From the NCBI GenBank assembly GCA_043228905.1, contig JBHGNT010000007.1, forward strand, positions 2,914,001 through 2,978,000: a DNA stretch of 64,000 nucleotides, written 5' to 3'. Positions 25,581-39,685 of this stretch are shown one piece after another (the first letter of the stretch is position 1; the number at the start of each line of letters is the position of its first letter). The position numbers were made by a program, and so were the translations under genes. Under the pieces are notes generated by a model. The model had not been told where the DNA came from. It worked only from the letters and a program-made list of their open reading frames with translations, and ran no database searches. This stretch comes from Azolla caroliniana (Eukaryota > Plantae > Polypodiophyta).

Positions 25581-28500
25581 CATTCGATCACATTTTTGTG
25601 TGGTGAGGTGGGAACGAGATCCCACGTCTCGTTCTTCCGTAGTGCCTACATTTCTTCGTTCATTGCTTCGATCCATCGCGGGTCCTTCGCGGCTTCCAAA
25701 AAGGTTTTCGGCTCCCGTACTGTCGCTACCTTCATCATAAAGGCGTAATGGCACGCCATATAATCGTTGTAGCTGAATCGGCTTAGGGGGTTCTTTTCAC
25801 GAGTAGATCGGCGGAGCTTTTCATTTGCAGAGATGAGGGCTTTCTTAGCTCCGATTGGTACATCGAAGCCGCCGAACGCACTGTCGAGTGAGTGAATCGA
25901 TTCATCGTCGTTGAAGCGATTGTCTTCATATTCCACCATTTTCGCCTTGCCTTTGTCCATCTTCGGGCTAGGCCATGATGTGCTTTGATCGCTCAAAGGC
26001 TCTTGTGGTCCGCTCAATCGGGTCATGATCAGACTTTCTTCGATCATGTGCGTAGGGCGATCTTCATCCTCGATTTCTTGTTCGGCGAATTCCAGGTCGA
26101 GTGGAGTCGGAGTCGGAGTTGTCTCTGGTGCGTACCAGAATGCGGACTCGTCAAAAACGACGTCTCGACTTACTCGAGATTTTCGAGTTGAGGGGTTGTA
26201 GCACTTGTACCCCTTTTGCTCCAATGAGTATCCTACGAGGATACATTTCTCCAACTTCGGGTTAAGCTTTTGACGCTTCTCGTCGGGGATGTGCACGTAC
26301 GCTATCGCGCCGAATATCCGGATGTGCTATAAGTCCGTCTTCTTTCCGAAGTATTTTTCATGCGGAGTGACCTCGTGCACACCGGATGTTGTGCACCGGT
26401 TCATTAGGTAGACAGTCGTATTTGCAACTTCGGCCCAGTATGACTTGGGCATATGCTTCTCGTTCATCATGGCCCATGCTACTTCGAGGATGTGCCGATT
26501 TTTGCGCTCGGCTACTCTGTTTTGTTGTGGAGTGTGTCGGCAAGTGAATTCTCGTCGAATTCCTTCCTTTCGGAGATACGCCGTGAAATCGTCCAAGAAG
26601 TACTCCTTGCTACCATCCGATCGAAGGCATCGTACATGTCGGCCTGTGGCTTTCTCGACTTCATTCTTGAAATTTTGGAAAAGTCCGAACACTTTGCTCT
26701 TTTGCCGCATCGGGTAGATCCAAGTGTGCCTAGAGAAGTCTTCGATGAAGAGCACGTAATATCGGCATCCGCTGAATGTAGCCATCTGCACCGGTCCCCA
26801 TACGTCGGAATGGACTACATCGAGTAGACCTTTGCTCACGTTCCGCTCTTTCGGGAATGGGTGTCGGTGTTGCGTGCCGAATTGGCACGCTTTGCATACA
26901 CCTTCAATCTCCTTCTATTTGAATGTGGGGAGTCCGATGACGACTCCTTTCAATTTCATTGCTTTGAGTTTATTGAGATTGATGTGGCCGATTCGCTTGT
27001 GCCATAGCTCTATGTCGGAGTCGGCTTTCGTGTTTTTTGCGAACATGGTGGATTTCATCTCGTGTGAATCGAGAATGAACATCTGGCCCTCTCTTCGTCC
27101 GCGTGCGATGAGTCGGCCCTCTTTTTCTATGAAGGAACCGCCTTGATTAAATCGTACTTGCATCCCTTGCTCTACAATTTGGCCGACGGAGACCAAAATC
27201 TTCGTAATGGTCGGTACATGCAAGACATTTTTAATGTAATTTTGCTTACCTTCTTTTCCGAACGGAACATTGCCAATGTGTCGAATCGGGTGCGTAGTGT
27301 CGTCTCCGGTTTCGACATAGCCGGGTCGGTCCGGCTCTCGAAGTTCTCGGAACCATTCTGATGCAATGTCATATGGTTCGAGGCACCGGAATCGACGAAC
27401 CATACGTCTTCCGGACCAGAGGCACTAGTTGAGGTAGCAGCCGACATAGAGTTTGCTCTATGTTTCATCATGAACATTCCGCCACGGTCGGAGTTGTGCT
27501 CGTACATTTCGCCATGGTCGGAGTTGTGTGCATACATCCACGATCTTCGTAGTCGGAGTTGTGTGCGTAATTCGTGAGTTGTCAGCTTGTGGAAGCCGAT
27601 TCACGCATCTTCTTTCGGCACTCTTCTTCGTGGTGGCCGAGCTTTTCGCAATATCCGCATTCGGTTGCATTTTGACGGCTCAGGCCGGAGTGGAAGCTCC
27701 CCCTTCTTGCGAAGGTTCCTCGTTGGAGTCCGTTTTGCGGCCGAAATTGGGAGTTGTCATCGTAGGTCGGACCTCGTCTGCCTTGTCCTTGGCCGAATCG
27801 GCCTCTCGTTCGTCCGTGTCCTCTTCCTCCATTAGAGTGCGTGTAGAGCATGTGGCCTTCCGATCCATTGCTCCTTGTACGCACGTGGTTTTGTTCGACC
27901 CATAGCATTGATTGGAGCTCGAAGAAGGAGGGAGATTTCTCCCGTGCTAGAACGGCGGTTCGCATTGCGCTGAACAGTGGTGCGAGGCCGTCGAGGCATA
28001 TTTGCACCATCTCATCATCATCTATACTTACTCTTATTGAGCCGAGCGAGTCGCAAAGCTCCTTGATCTTCAAGGTGTATGTCGTGATGGACATGTCCCT
28101 TTGTTGAATGTTGTTCAACTCTTGGCGGAGTTGAAGCTTCCTCGTGGTTGTGTTGGCGGCAAAAATCTTTCGTAGATTTTCCCACGCTTCCTTCGGTGTC
28201 TTGGCTTCTCGAATGTAACCGAGCATGTGGTCGTGAACACATGTCACCAAACAATACATCACGCGGCTTGCGGCTTGCTCCCATGTCGCGTATCTGGGAG
28301 CCGCTTCGGCGGGTCAGTCTTTGTGCGCTCCTTTGATGTAGCTCCAATAACCTTGTTCGACAAGGTATTGGTGCATCTTGTACTCCCAAGATGCGAAGTT
28401 GTTTCGATCCAACTTCTCAGTAGGGAGAGTGCTCCCCATTTGAGTATTCATTATGTCGATTCTTCTTCTTCTTCTTCTCTCTTCGAATGCGAGCTATGTA

Positions 28501-28598
28501 GTGAAGCTATGATAGCTATGAGCCGGTTCTTGGTCGTCGGCGTAGAGCACAACACATGATCACGATGAGGCGAATGGGCTAGATCGAGCTACCAAATC

Positions 28599-28610
28599 GC
28601 TCTGATACCA
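28599..28610 (-). other. Primer-binding site (tRNA-iMet) of the copia element
   Basis: TGGTATCAGAGC on - strand immediately after the 5' LTR end. Confidence 0.92.
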
Positions 28611-28655
28611 TGTAAAGAATCAAGAGATGGATTCTTGTGAAGCGGAATAGGTGTG

Positions 28656-28692
<37 letters not shown>

Positions 28693-31600
28693 AGATAGAG
28701 AGAGAGAGAGAGAGAGTATACGCAAGGTTAAGTATGTTAACAAAGGAGAAAGACTCAACATTATACAAGGTGGGAGGAGGGTGCTTTATGTAGTCACCCT
28801 CTCTCTTCATTAACTACAAGCCTCATGGAGCATGGGGAATGTGAAAGCTCATTAAGTTATGTGTCATAGAATATGATTCTATGACTTATACTAAATGCTA
28901 GAATACAAAGTGGTGACATAATGGTGACTCTTGACCGTTGGAGTGTCTCTTCGCTCTCAAGGTGAGTTCACACACTAGATCGAGTTGAGCTTGATTCTCA
29001 ACACATCTAATAATCCCATCTAGACGGTCTTCCCATTCTTTCCTAGACCCTTGACATTGATAATTTTTCCGGTATCATCACATTGTCTGGACCATTCACC
29101 CTCTTCCTCATTACCAATAGGAAGCGAGGAGACAATTGTATTGACTACATCAAGCATCTTTCTGCCATTTCTGACCTTTCCCAAGTCTTCATATAATTGA
29201 TCACGATTATTGTCGGACAGCCGCATCCAATCAGCCACCGAGTGTATCCCTAGACAATACAATGTAGCCCACGGCATGTGCTTGCTTTGTCCAAGCATCG
29301 TTCCTTCTGGCGATTGTACAATCTCGTTCCACAGTAGGGGTTGGCGCATTCATTCAGCACTAGTACTTGGACGATTCCGACTTAGATGCCCACAGACCAT
29401 ACTCCATGCCTGCATCACTGACATACAAGTACAATCAGCCAACCGGTTAGATTTCCTCAACTCTAAGGCCATACAAAAAGGCCACGCTTTGTGTGACTTC
29501 CAATGTCCACCTAGTCTTGGACTCCAGAAAATGCTCCTATTATGTATCAATGTTTTCCATAACTCGTTACCAGGTAGCAAGCTCCTTACCAATACCTTAC
29601 ATAACAATGCCTGACTTTGCAACCCAGGGTCAATCAATCCTAAACCCCCCTTACTCTTGGGAAGAACCAACATAGACCATGATACTTCTGCTGCCGCGTT
29701 GTCTTTCCTCATCCCATCCCAAAGGAATCCCCTAATACACGCTTTAACATTACGAATAGCTTGCTTGTCAAACATCCACACTGAAACTGCATGCCATAAC
29801 GTAGACAAGAGCACATGGTTAGCTACTATGATCCTGCCAGCCAATGATAAGTTCATCCCTGACCAATTGCGAATTTTGTCACAGATTTTGCTTTGAATTT
29901 GTTGCAATTGAATTCCTTTGTCGATATCTACCCCAATCCACGTTCCCAGATACCTAGTGGCTTCCCCGTTTGCAATCCATTTGAATTCAACATTTGGCTT
30001 CCAAACAGGCTCGAACTCCAAGCTGATCCAAAAACCCTTGGACTTCTTCCAATTGATGGACGCTCCCTATGCCTTGCAAAAGAGCTCAATAGCACTCTGT
30101 GCCCTCTCAAGATTCGCTTCATTTCCTTGGAGGTATAGCATCGTATCGTCTGCGAACTCCGAGTCCAACAGGGACTTCCTTGAATTAGGGATCGAAAGAC
30201 CATGAAGATTTGCCCCTTGATTGTTAAAAAGGGTAGACATTGCTTTAGTAATAAAAAGGAAAAGAAAGGGGGCCTGATGGATCGAGTTAGAAAGATTCGA
30301 GCTCCTTTCCTCCCTGCAATCAACACCTTACTCGAGCCATTCCTATATAAGGCTTGGGCAGCACACCTCCACTCCAAAGGTAGCTCAATGACCTTCATCA
30401 CTTCTTCCAAGAAAGACCATTGCACTCGATCATAGGCTTTCTCGAAGTCGAGCATCAGACAGGCTAAGTTTTGATTGGTCTCCTTCGCCGTTGCAACAGC
30501 CTCCCAAAACAAAATCACGTTGTCCATAATAGAACGATGCTCCATGAAACCAGTTTGATTGGACTGGATGATATCTCCTAGGAAGGGCTTGATTTCAGAA
30601 TCAAGTAGATCAAGCCTTCATTGAAGCTACTCGGCATCCGTCCCGTTCTCCACATCTCTTGTAGTCCAGCTTTCAAGCTTGGAAAAATTTTCTCCCAAAA
30701 CTCCTTGAAGAAGACTTTGGGAAGGCTGTCAGCACTAGGACAAGCCATACTATGTATCTTGTCTAGCCCCGCTACAATCTCTTCCTCCTCTATGGCTTTT
30801 GACAACTGCGCTTTAGCTGCCTCTCTGATCCTGGTCTTCAAGCATGTAATTACATCATGCATCAGGTTACTCGGAGGGTCATTTGTCAACGTAGGAGCTA
30901 GAAGGTCGTTGTAGTAATTAGTCGCAATTTGCAAGATTTCCTCTTGATCAAACGTCATTGAGTCATCCTCCCGTTTGAGACTATGAATATGTGTTCCCCT
31001 CCTTTTCGAAGTTTTGGTAAGAAAAAACTCCCTGTTAACTTTATCACCCTTGACAGCCCACCATGTTGCCGACTTTCTGAAGAGGAATTGCTCACGTTGT
31101 TGTCTAACCTCCTACAACAACCTAGTGGCCTCCTGCAGCCTGTCTTTCACCCAAGCACAACATGGGTCCACTTGCGTGAGCTTTTGAGTTGAGATGACTT
31201 CCTTCCTCAGGCATTGCAGACGGTATTGACACCTTACTTACCAGATCCTCCCTAGCCACTTTCTGAAGAAACAAAGAAGAATTAATAATCTTTTCCTCCA
31301 ATACCTGTATTGGGTCGTGGGCTGATGGGGATGTCGTCCAAATGGTATTCATTGCATCCTTAACCTTCTGGATACCAAAAATCTTCAGAGGAATCCTTAA
31401 ATTTCTCTCACTCTTCTTCTTATAAATAGGTTCAAGAGTCAAGGATACTGGAAGGTGATCCGAATATGTAAAACCAGCTAGAATGGATGAGTAGCCACCC
31501 CATTCCTCTATCCCGGGGCTCACATAGATGTGGTCCAATCTAGAGTGACATCCTTCACTCTCCTTCCAGCCAAATCATGAGAACCTCAAGGAATTCACCT

Positions 31601-34600
31601 CAACCGTCATACTAGAGTACCATGAATCCCGGATTCCCAACATAGAAATTAAGAAACCCCACACTCTAAGCTCCTCCCCTTGTAGCAAGTTCGAATGAGC
31701 CCCAAGACAATCTTCCATTCTCTCTGTCATGTTAAAATCCCCCGCCACTATCCAATTGTTGAAGGAGGGAATTTTGTTTGCCAACAGTCTCCAAAATGAG
31801 GTCCTCTCATTGCTAATGTTAGATGCGTAGACATTCTCCACCCCAAATTTTACATTCCTCCATTCCAAGTAGTAGAACATGGCCCTACCTTCGATCAATA
31901 TGCCATGATCCAAGGTGGTGATATCCGATGATTTCCTCACCGAAATACACACTCCACCTCTCCTTTCTAACATGTCGCCTTTCTAACATGTCGTGAGCAA
32001 GAGCCCACCATGTGTACCAATCCCCTGGCAACGGGTCTTTGAAAAGTTCCGTTCTTTCTCGGCCAAGGTGATGCTCTTGTAAGAGCAAAATATCAATCGT
32101 TTTACCAAGGCCATCAGCTTCCCATTCTCTCCTAAACCGACGCTTCTCTAGCTGATGTTGAGACCCACCAAGTCCTTGCACATTCCAAGAACAAATTCTC
32201 ATTGACTTGGGTTCACAAAAAAAGCCAAGGGGGAGTCTCCCATGCTCGACAAATATGTCTCTACCATACACCATATATAATTCTCACTCCATAATTATTT
32301 TCCATTCTTGATTCTTGGGTACTTCAGCACAATAGAAGTGGAACAAACCAGGCTTCAGCCCTAGATCTTGTACCTTCCATATGCAAACCACTGGAACATC
32401 TTGAGCAAGTTCCATTAGCTCCCCTTGTATCGGGGAGCTCTTCCATAATGTTTGCAACCCCACAACCTCATTTTCAAATGTAAGGTATTGGAGACATAAT
32501 GTTGCCCTGTTACAAAACGACTTCAAGGACGAGTCTTCTCCCCTTTCATCTTTCAAATCAGGCTCCAAGTCAAAAGAACAACCAATCTCCGGTCTACCTG
32601 AGTTGCTGTTGAAGAGGACCATGTGTGCTCTAGTCCACCCGTGCACTCTTCCCCTTGGATTACCAATGTTCACCATGATCTTGGGTACCTGCGTATCTTG
32701 CATCCTCAATGTTTGCAACATAACAAACTCAACACCCACAGACGAGGGATTTCCAACCTCAATCCGTGCGATCATTTTTTGCGATTTAGTATTCCTGATG
32801 TCCTCTTCACTTTCCTTGTCCTTCCCTTTCCTGATCTAGGCCTTAACCATTCTCAGGTCTGATGAAGATCTACTGCCACGGCCCTTAGAGGGCTCTACGA
32901 GTGTTTCGTGGGTCTCGACTCGTGGTAGTAAATCAAATGGAGTTGCTAAAATTATTTCGCCTTCCTAGGGTTCCATTTGTGATAGGATGTCAAATCTATT
33001 CGAAATGGAGCCTCCACTTCTAGATGGGCCGATAAAGACCATGGAGGGCAGGCTTGGCCACTTTCCTCAGCGATATCCATCCTTTTTCCTTTACTACTTG
33101 CTTCCCATTGTGAACCAAGACCATGTGGCTTGCCGTCCCTGAATTTGGGATATCCAGCAACTTGTTGTCTTGCTGTCCCCTATCCGCTCTTGCATTCCCA
33201 TACCGGGGGCAGTGTTTGGCCATATGGCCCATCTCCTTACATGCAAAGCATTGACCCGGCATGCCTTCATAACCAACCTTCACCACCCTTAGGCCAAAGT
33301 CCTCCGTGTGGACTCTAATATCTTATGGTAGTTTTTTAATGTCACTAACCAACACCTTCATCTTGGGCATTTCTACTACCTTATCTGCAAATGAAGGTTT
33401 CGTTGTACATACCACCCCTATATTGTGTGCGAGCTTTGGGATCAAATGGTGGAGTTGGAAGGGTAGGTCTGGGAAGCATACTGAAATGACCATCGGTGTG
33501 CCCACTTTTTTATTCTCTTCCTTTGCATCGAAGTCTGGACTCCATTCCAAAATCATGGCTTTGCCATACTTCAGTGTAATCCATTTGTGGTCCAGAATCT
33601 CTTGCACATTATGGCCTTCTTCTAAGATCACATGGTAATAGTTGAGGCCCATTCTCAAAATGTTCTCGATAGGCGGCATTTTATCCAAAAGGGCTGCCTG
33701 CAACATGTGGACATGTGTGTTTTACATTCTCATGTGTAAGTGAGCATGCAAGATTGTACTCTAGTATGCAAGTGGAGTTGTATGAAAAATGCAAAAATAT
33801 GTGTGCATGTAAATGTGTGTGATTGAATGTTTACATATTTATAAGGTTTCAATATTGATTTGTTTGTGTATTCAAATGTATATGTGTGCATATTCAATCG
33901 TGTGCATGAATATGTAGGTGGTAAGTGTATGTGCAAGTATGTGTGTGTATACAAAAGCGTGTATCTATTTTGATGTATTCATGTCAATGCATTTGTATGT
34001 GTAAGATGGAAGGTGTATGTGTTCTCATGTAGTAGGATATATGTAGGTGCAAGTGTACATGTGTGTTTGTAGTCGTGAATTTGTGAGTGTGAATGTGCAA
34101 ATGTATGTGCTTCTATGTTTAAACAAGTATACTTTTAAGTACATGTGTTTGTATATACATATGTGACTTTATGTGGTAGGAACTTTAGGACTTATGGGTG
34201 GGTGACTTGAGGAAAGCAAAAGGGGTAGAATGGAAAGGAGACACATTATATAAAAGAGGGGGTTTTTAAAAGTAGGGGGACTTTAGAAATAATTCATGGT
34301 GTATGTCTGTGTATGTTTGTGCATACAAAACTAGGGAGGGTGGATAGGAAAGCTATACTCGATGTATAGTCTAGGTTCAACCCTCGTTCACATTCCAATG
34401 GGGAGAGGTCGGAGGTCACAACTCCATCTTGAGCAAAAGCGGGTGCACATGCTCCCCAACATTAATGTTGGGCATGCAAATAACTATTTGCACTTCTCTT
34501 GTTCAACATTATATTAGTTAACATATGAGTTCTCTCAAGTTGGTACTCAATGAGAGAATGAACGTCATTCTTTTGTGTAGAGCATACATGAGAGAATAAT

Positions 34601-35752
34601 TTGAGTTCTCTCATGTAACGCCTAGATGAGAGGATGAGACCGCCCGTGTTCACTCATCTATACCAAAGAGTGAGAACGCAATGTTGATTTTTTGTGTTTC
34701 CTCCACACTTTTTCAGCTCTACATTTATGACATAGAGTGGGGTCTTCACATTCATTCCTCAGTTGTCCCATTCTCCATTGGCTTGTATACATGTTATACA
34801 ATTAAGTTATTCATAAAGTTTGAGTTTTGACAAAAATTTGGAAATTGGATAGGCCTGAAGCATATGTAGTCATTCAAATTTCCATAGGAGCTAAGGAACC
34901 CAATGACGACAATAACACACAAAACAACCATCACATGTAATTTTGGGCGTGATTCCACAACTTACACATTTAATAAAATCATCATATAAAATAATTTAAC
35001 ACACTGAATCAAACCACTAATGATTACATGTATGTGTGTCGCTCTCTCGGTGTGTTGGATCAAGCACGTGTTTGTGTGCTAGTTAGAGTTGTATCTCCTT
35101 ATTGAGGCAATGTTACAAGGTTCGATCGTAGTTCACCCTTGCATTGTGTGAGACATGCAAGAGTGGACGTCAAACACTCTTGAACTACTAACACTAATAT
35201 ATATTTATGATTTAATCAAGCTCTTTAGATCCTTTTTGAAATAGATATGGTAACTAAGAAGTGAATAAAAATTAGTGCCACAGGGTGTGGCAACACAATC
35301 TTTTTCATATTGTATCCATATTGCTCGGATTCTCAATCTTTGTGAGACTCGACTTTATAATACTTTCCTTCCTTTGCATAGACCACATTGAATTTGTGAC
35401 TACATAAAATAAAATAAAATCTCATATTAGGGGTAATATTACATTCACATTTTGATAATGATTTTAATCATAATCATTATTTTTCTCCTACTTGTTACCT
35501 TTTCTTAGTGGGGTTACATTGGTAATGAGATAGGCTTACATGTCATTTACACAACTACTTCCAAACCACTTAGCTCACATTCTTTCAAATAAGAGACACC
35601 TAATATGCATTGTTTGCCCAAAAGAAGTTTGTGGGTATAAGTATCACTCTTTACTCTAGTGATCCACTCTTGATGACATTCACATTTGCTAATGGAGGTT
35701 GTATTTGAGAGTAGTTAATAAACTTTGTACACTCTACATGTGACTTTGGTCA

Positions 35753-35756
<4 letters not shown>

Positions 35757-35816
<60 letters not shown>
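35757..35816. repeat. (CT)n microsatellite
   Basis: Direct reading. Confidence 0.95.
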
Positions 35817-35819
<3 letters not shown>

Positions 35820-38800
35820 GGTTTACATGGTAGCATTAAAATTACACAATTGAGATAACTCAAGTTTGATTCTTGTTGTGGGTTTGGCCTTGTCTCATTG
35901 CAAATGGTCTCATGTGGACGCAAGAAAAAACTTCTACCTATTCCCCTAAAATAATACATTCTCTTGTCTTTGTCTCTCATGTCAAAATTCTTTCGTACAA
36001 ATTAATGTATGTCCAACAACCACAATCAACCTCTCATCAAGAAGTTTCATGTTTTTATTTTGGTAATAGGGCAAGCCAAAAAGGAATATAGTGGCAATAA
36101 GCATTTTCCCCACCATGTGGGTTGAGGAACTTGAATTGATAGAATAGAAAGAAAGAAAAAGTTGAAACAAAAAACTAAGTTGATTGAATGTCATTTCTAT
36201 GATATTTCAAACACTTGGTTATATGATTGGGTGGTGAGACGAGAGCATGTCTAGTGTTATTGATCATAGAATGGTGAGAAAAGAGCATGTCCAATGTCAT
36301 AGTTTCATCCTCATTAGGAGTTCTTGGAATTTAGTGTGTTTTGTAGGAATATGTGAAAACATTTCGACGATATGCGAAATTGACATTCTTCTTGTCTTCG
36401 TTACATTGAGGCCAATAGGTCACAAATGCTCTTTTCTTGTTCATATCTACTGTAATGCCTCGTTTCTATTTTCAAAATGTGTGAGTTTGTATGCATAAAT
36501 GTGATGGCATGTCTCAATCTCTTGGGCACATGGGGTGTCTACATGTGAGCCTTGAGCATAATTCAACTAGCCTCCCTTGGTAATTTTCCCAATATTGGGT
36601 ATTTGCAGTAAAATACTCAAACCCAAGTCTAGTTTTAATTATTTTTCTTTTCCTATATAGTTGGAGAGGGCATATGAGTTATTTTCGAACATAGTGAGCC
36701 ATGAACCATCCAAAACTATCCATCAATGAGACATAAATGTCCATCCGAGACATATCCACACATTTCATTTGTAATGTGAAATCTATAACTGTACATTCCA
36801 TATCTAGCCATGCCTTTTGCTAATCAGATTCCATATCTAGCATGCCTTTTGCTAATCATACCATTAAGTGTAGACATACTTGACTAATCCATAACATACT
36901 CGTGAACATCTAATACTCTTACATTCCATGTTCAAGTATGCATTCACAATCATACCATTAAATGCAACATTTCTTCAAATAATAAAGTGAAGCCTTTTGG
37001 CCTTTATTATTATTGGGCTGCATTTTTTATAAATTTGCGAGATACTAATGACATGTTGGAATGAAAGTTCAATGTGATAGTCTTTGGATTGATACATTTA
37101 CCAAAAAACCTTCTCCATCCAACCACTTCATCGACAAACTATTTTTCATATAGGCATGTAATTCCAAGTTGTAAGTTTGTAACCCATATAGAAATGGTCT
37201 CATGGATGGTTGGGATTTGCTCTTTTATTCTTCATAATCAAGTCTGTCTTTCTACTTGTTTAAAATAGTTCTACCCGTTGGAGATGGAAGTATTGCATAT
37301 TGAGTTAGTCACTGATTATTCTTGTTATTATGGTATTTTGCCATGACATTATCAATGAGTGTACAATCTCTTGGTTGAAGATTGGCTGTAATGGCCAATG
37401 TGTGTACAAATTAACAATGGATTTAGTATTCAAAGTCAAAGTTTGTCTCTATTTATTTTTCTTTCACATTTCACCTACCTAAAGGTTTTATACATAGATC
37501 TCTGTGTTGACCCTAGAAAACAAAGTAATTGTGAGAGGAATTTCGAGGGCAAAGTAATTATGAGAGAGATTTCCTCGAAATCTCAACTTGGGTGTCTCCT
37601 CATGTGGATAATGTTTCATAATATTCACTAGAAAGCATACCTATTTAAGAAGTGGAGATGGGTGTGTCCAACATGGAGAAGTGAAGTCTTCTAGATATTT
37701 TGGTATAATAAAGGATGTAAGATTTTGATCCAATTCGTAAACATCATCTACTCAATACTTTAATTTTTCGACAAAGGGACAAACACATTTTCCCCATCGT
37801 ACACATTTCCCCCTCATACATGACACAATACATATACAACGATGGCACACATACATCATTAGATACGTAGACATCGAGTAAGTGAAACAACAAAACGATG
37901 CATTTTTCCGCCCAGGAAATAGACACATACAAATCTACATGTATCGTTACATATAGACATAGACATGAACATATGCGTACACATACACATAGATACGCAC
38001 ACAATCTACACAAAAATACATATATCGAGTAAGTGAAACAACAAAACGATGCATTTTTCTGCCCGAGAAGTAGACACATACACATCTACCTGTATAGTTA
38101 CATATAGAGATAGACAAGAACATAGGCGTACACATACACATATGTACACACACAATCTACACATAGATACGTCTTTTTTTTTTTTAAATGTTTTTTTAGA
38201 AAAGATATCATGTCATTAGTATAAACAATTTACAAGATTTTAAACCTCTATGTGATTGGCGGGGGAAACAACCATTTTGGCGGCTGAAAATGCCAATAAG
38301 GAGTGCCGTAATTGGATGTCAAGAATGGACTAGCTGCCCAAATAATAAGAAACTCACTCCGTTGAGCAATTTTAGCCTCAAAATCTCCAACTATGCCATC
38401 CCATTGACCCTTCAAAGTATGAACTATGTCTAACCAAATGTTCGAAACCACTTCAGCTAGTGGTGTTTTAAGTTGATGGAAAACGAGAGAACACCTAGCC
38501 TTCCAAATGTGATATACAATGGTGCTACTCAGTATCTCCCATACAGGTTGGACTTCCTTCCTTACTCTTGAAAACTGTAATGACAACAGTGGTAATGTAT
38601 GAACACTTTCCATATTTAGTGTAAAATCCATGGTCCATAGATTCATTGTCATAATGGAACACATCACGGACAAATGATGTCAAAACCATCATGCCCCAAG
38701 TGAAAACTAATGGGGGAAAATAATTAGCAAAAATTCTAAGGAGTCGTTGCCATATATGTTGAGACTCAATCCATTCCCATAAACAATGTTTTTGAGTTTC

Positions 38801-38984
38801 CATTTGTAATTGACATCGAATACAACCAGAAGATACTCCCATTCTATGCAACCATGTGCTTATCTGCAAGGCATAGTGTACAATTAACCATTGTACATGC
38901 AATATTTTGTGTGGTTGTTTTCTTGCCCATAAAATAACCCAGAATTTTGCAAGGAACTAGGAGTAATACCTTGTTGATTCCAAT

Positions 38985-39685
38985 CATAGATTGACATATT
39001 CACATTCGTCGGGTTTCCCATTCGAATGCAAACGAATACGAATACGAATGGGTGGTCAAGTATTCGTTTAACTCAAAAAAAAAAAAACTATGTCTTTTTT
39101 AATTTCCTAGGATAAAAAAAAGGAACTTGACAATAAATAGGGATAATAAAAGAGGGACTTGGGGATTTAACACTACTAAATTTTTATAATAAATGTATAA
39201 CTTATAAGTTATAAGTATGTATTCGTTTTATTTTTAATAAATAAATAAAATAAAATAAAGGCTCATTAATTTCTCACTTTTTATTCCCTCAAAATTTATG
39301 GATATTTTTATTTTGACATTAAAAATAGTACTTCAAACTAATCATATATTTAGAGTTCATACTAATCATATTTGTAAGTATAACTAAATTTTTATAATAA
39401 ATGTATAACTTATAAGTTATAAGTATTCGTTTTTTAAAAATAAATAAATAAATTGATTAATTAAAATAAGTTTCATAAACTCTCTTGACACTACATATAA
39501 TCTATTAATGAATAATTGTTCTTTTTTTGGTGAAATAAATTTATTTAAATAAATAAATAAATATTATATATATTTGTTGCAAAACGAATGGGTTTTTAAT
39601 ATTATTGGGGCCATTTCATATTCTCGAATATTGAGAATATTGCGCATGGAGAATATCACGAATATCACGCATGTGTCAATCTATG
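38985..39685. mobile_element. hAT-like MITE (701 bp), AT-rich
   Basis: TIR CATAGATTGACA / TGTCAATCTATG; 8-bp TSD ATTCCAAT (38977-38984, 39686-39693); internal ~45-bp direct repeat. Confidence 0.9.

Larger units (their letters stand above)
17542..29003 (-). mobile_element. Ty1/copia LTR retrotransposon, full length with nested insertions, frameshifted
   Basis: 5-bp TSD CATCT (17537-17541, 29004-29008). 5' LTR 28611-29003 (TG...CA); 3' LTR split into 17542-17622 + 22835-23163. Domain order: gag (CGYCEKLGHHEEEC), protease (WFVDSGASNHM), integrase (VHSDVWGP, LRSDG, TPQQN), RT (YVDDL), RNase H (RTKHIE). Confidence 0.96.
16301..33707 (-). mobile_element. L1-clade LINE, 5'-truncated within ORF1, pseudogenised and interrupted by a copia element
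   Basis: ORF1 zinc knuckle CFACKEMGHMAKHC (33020-33286); ORF2 APE MRICSWNVQGL, GDFN, SDHLPV; RT LDFEKAYDRV; zf-RVT CKAC..EDIAHCLWCC; ends YQPPRWLFPP. The frame continues across the copia (29009->17541). T-run at 16301; TSD tggacatgtgYgtttt at 16289-16304 and 33708-33723. Confidence 0.9.

Noticed and set aside
34300-37700. Possible old TE remnants and short ORFs
   Set aside because: No recognisable domain, termini or TSD
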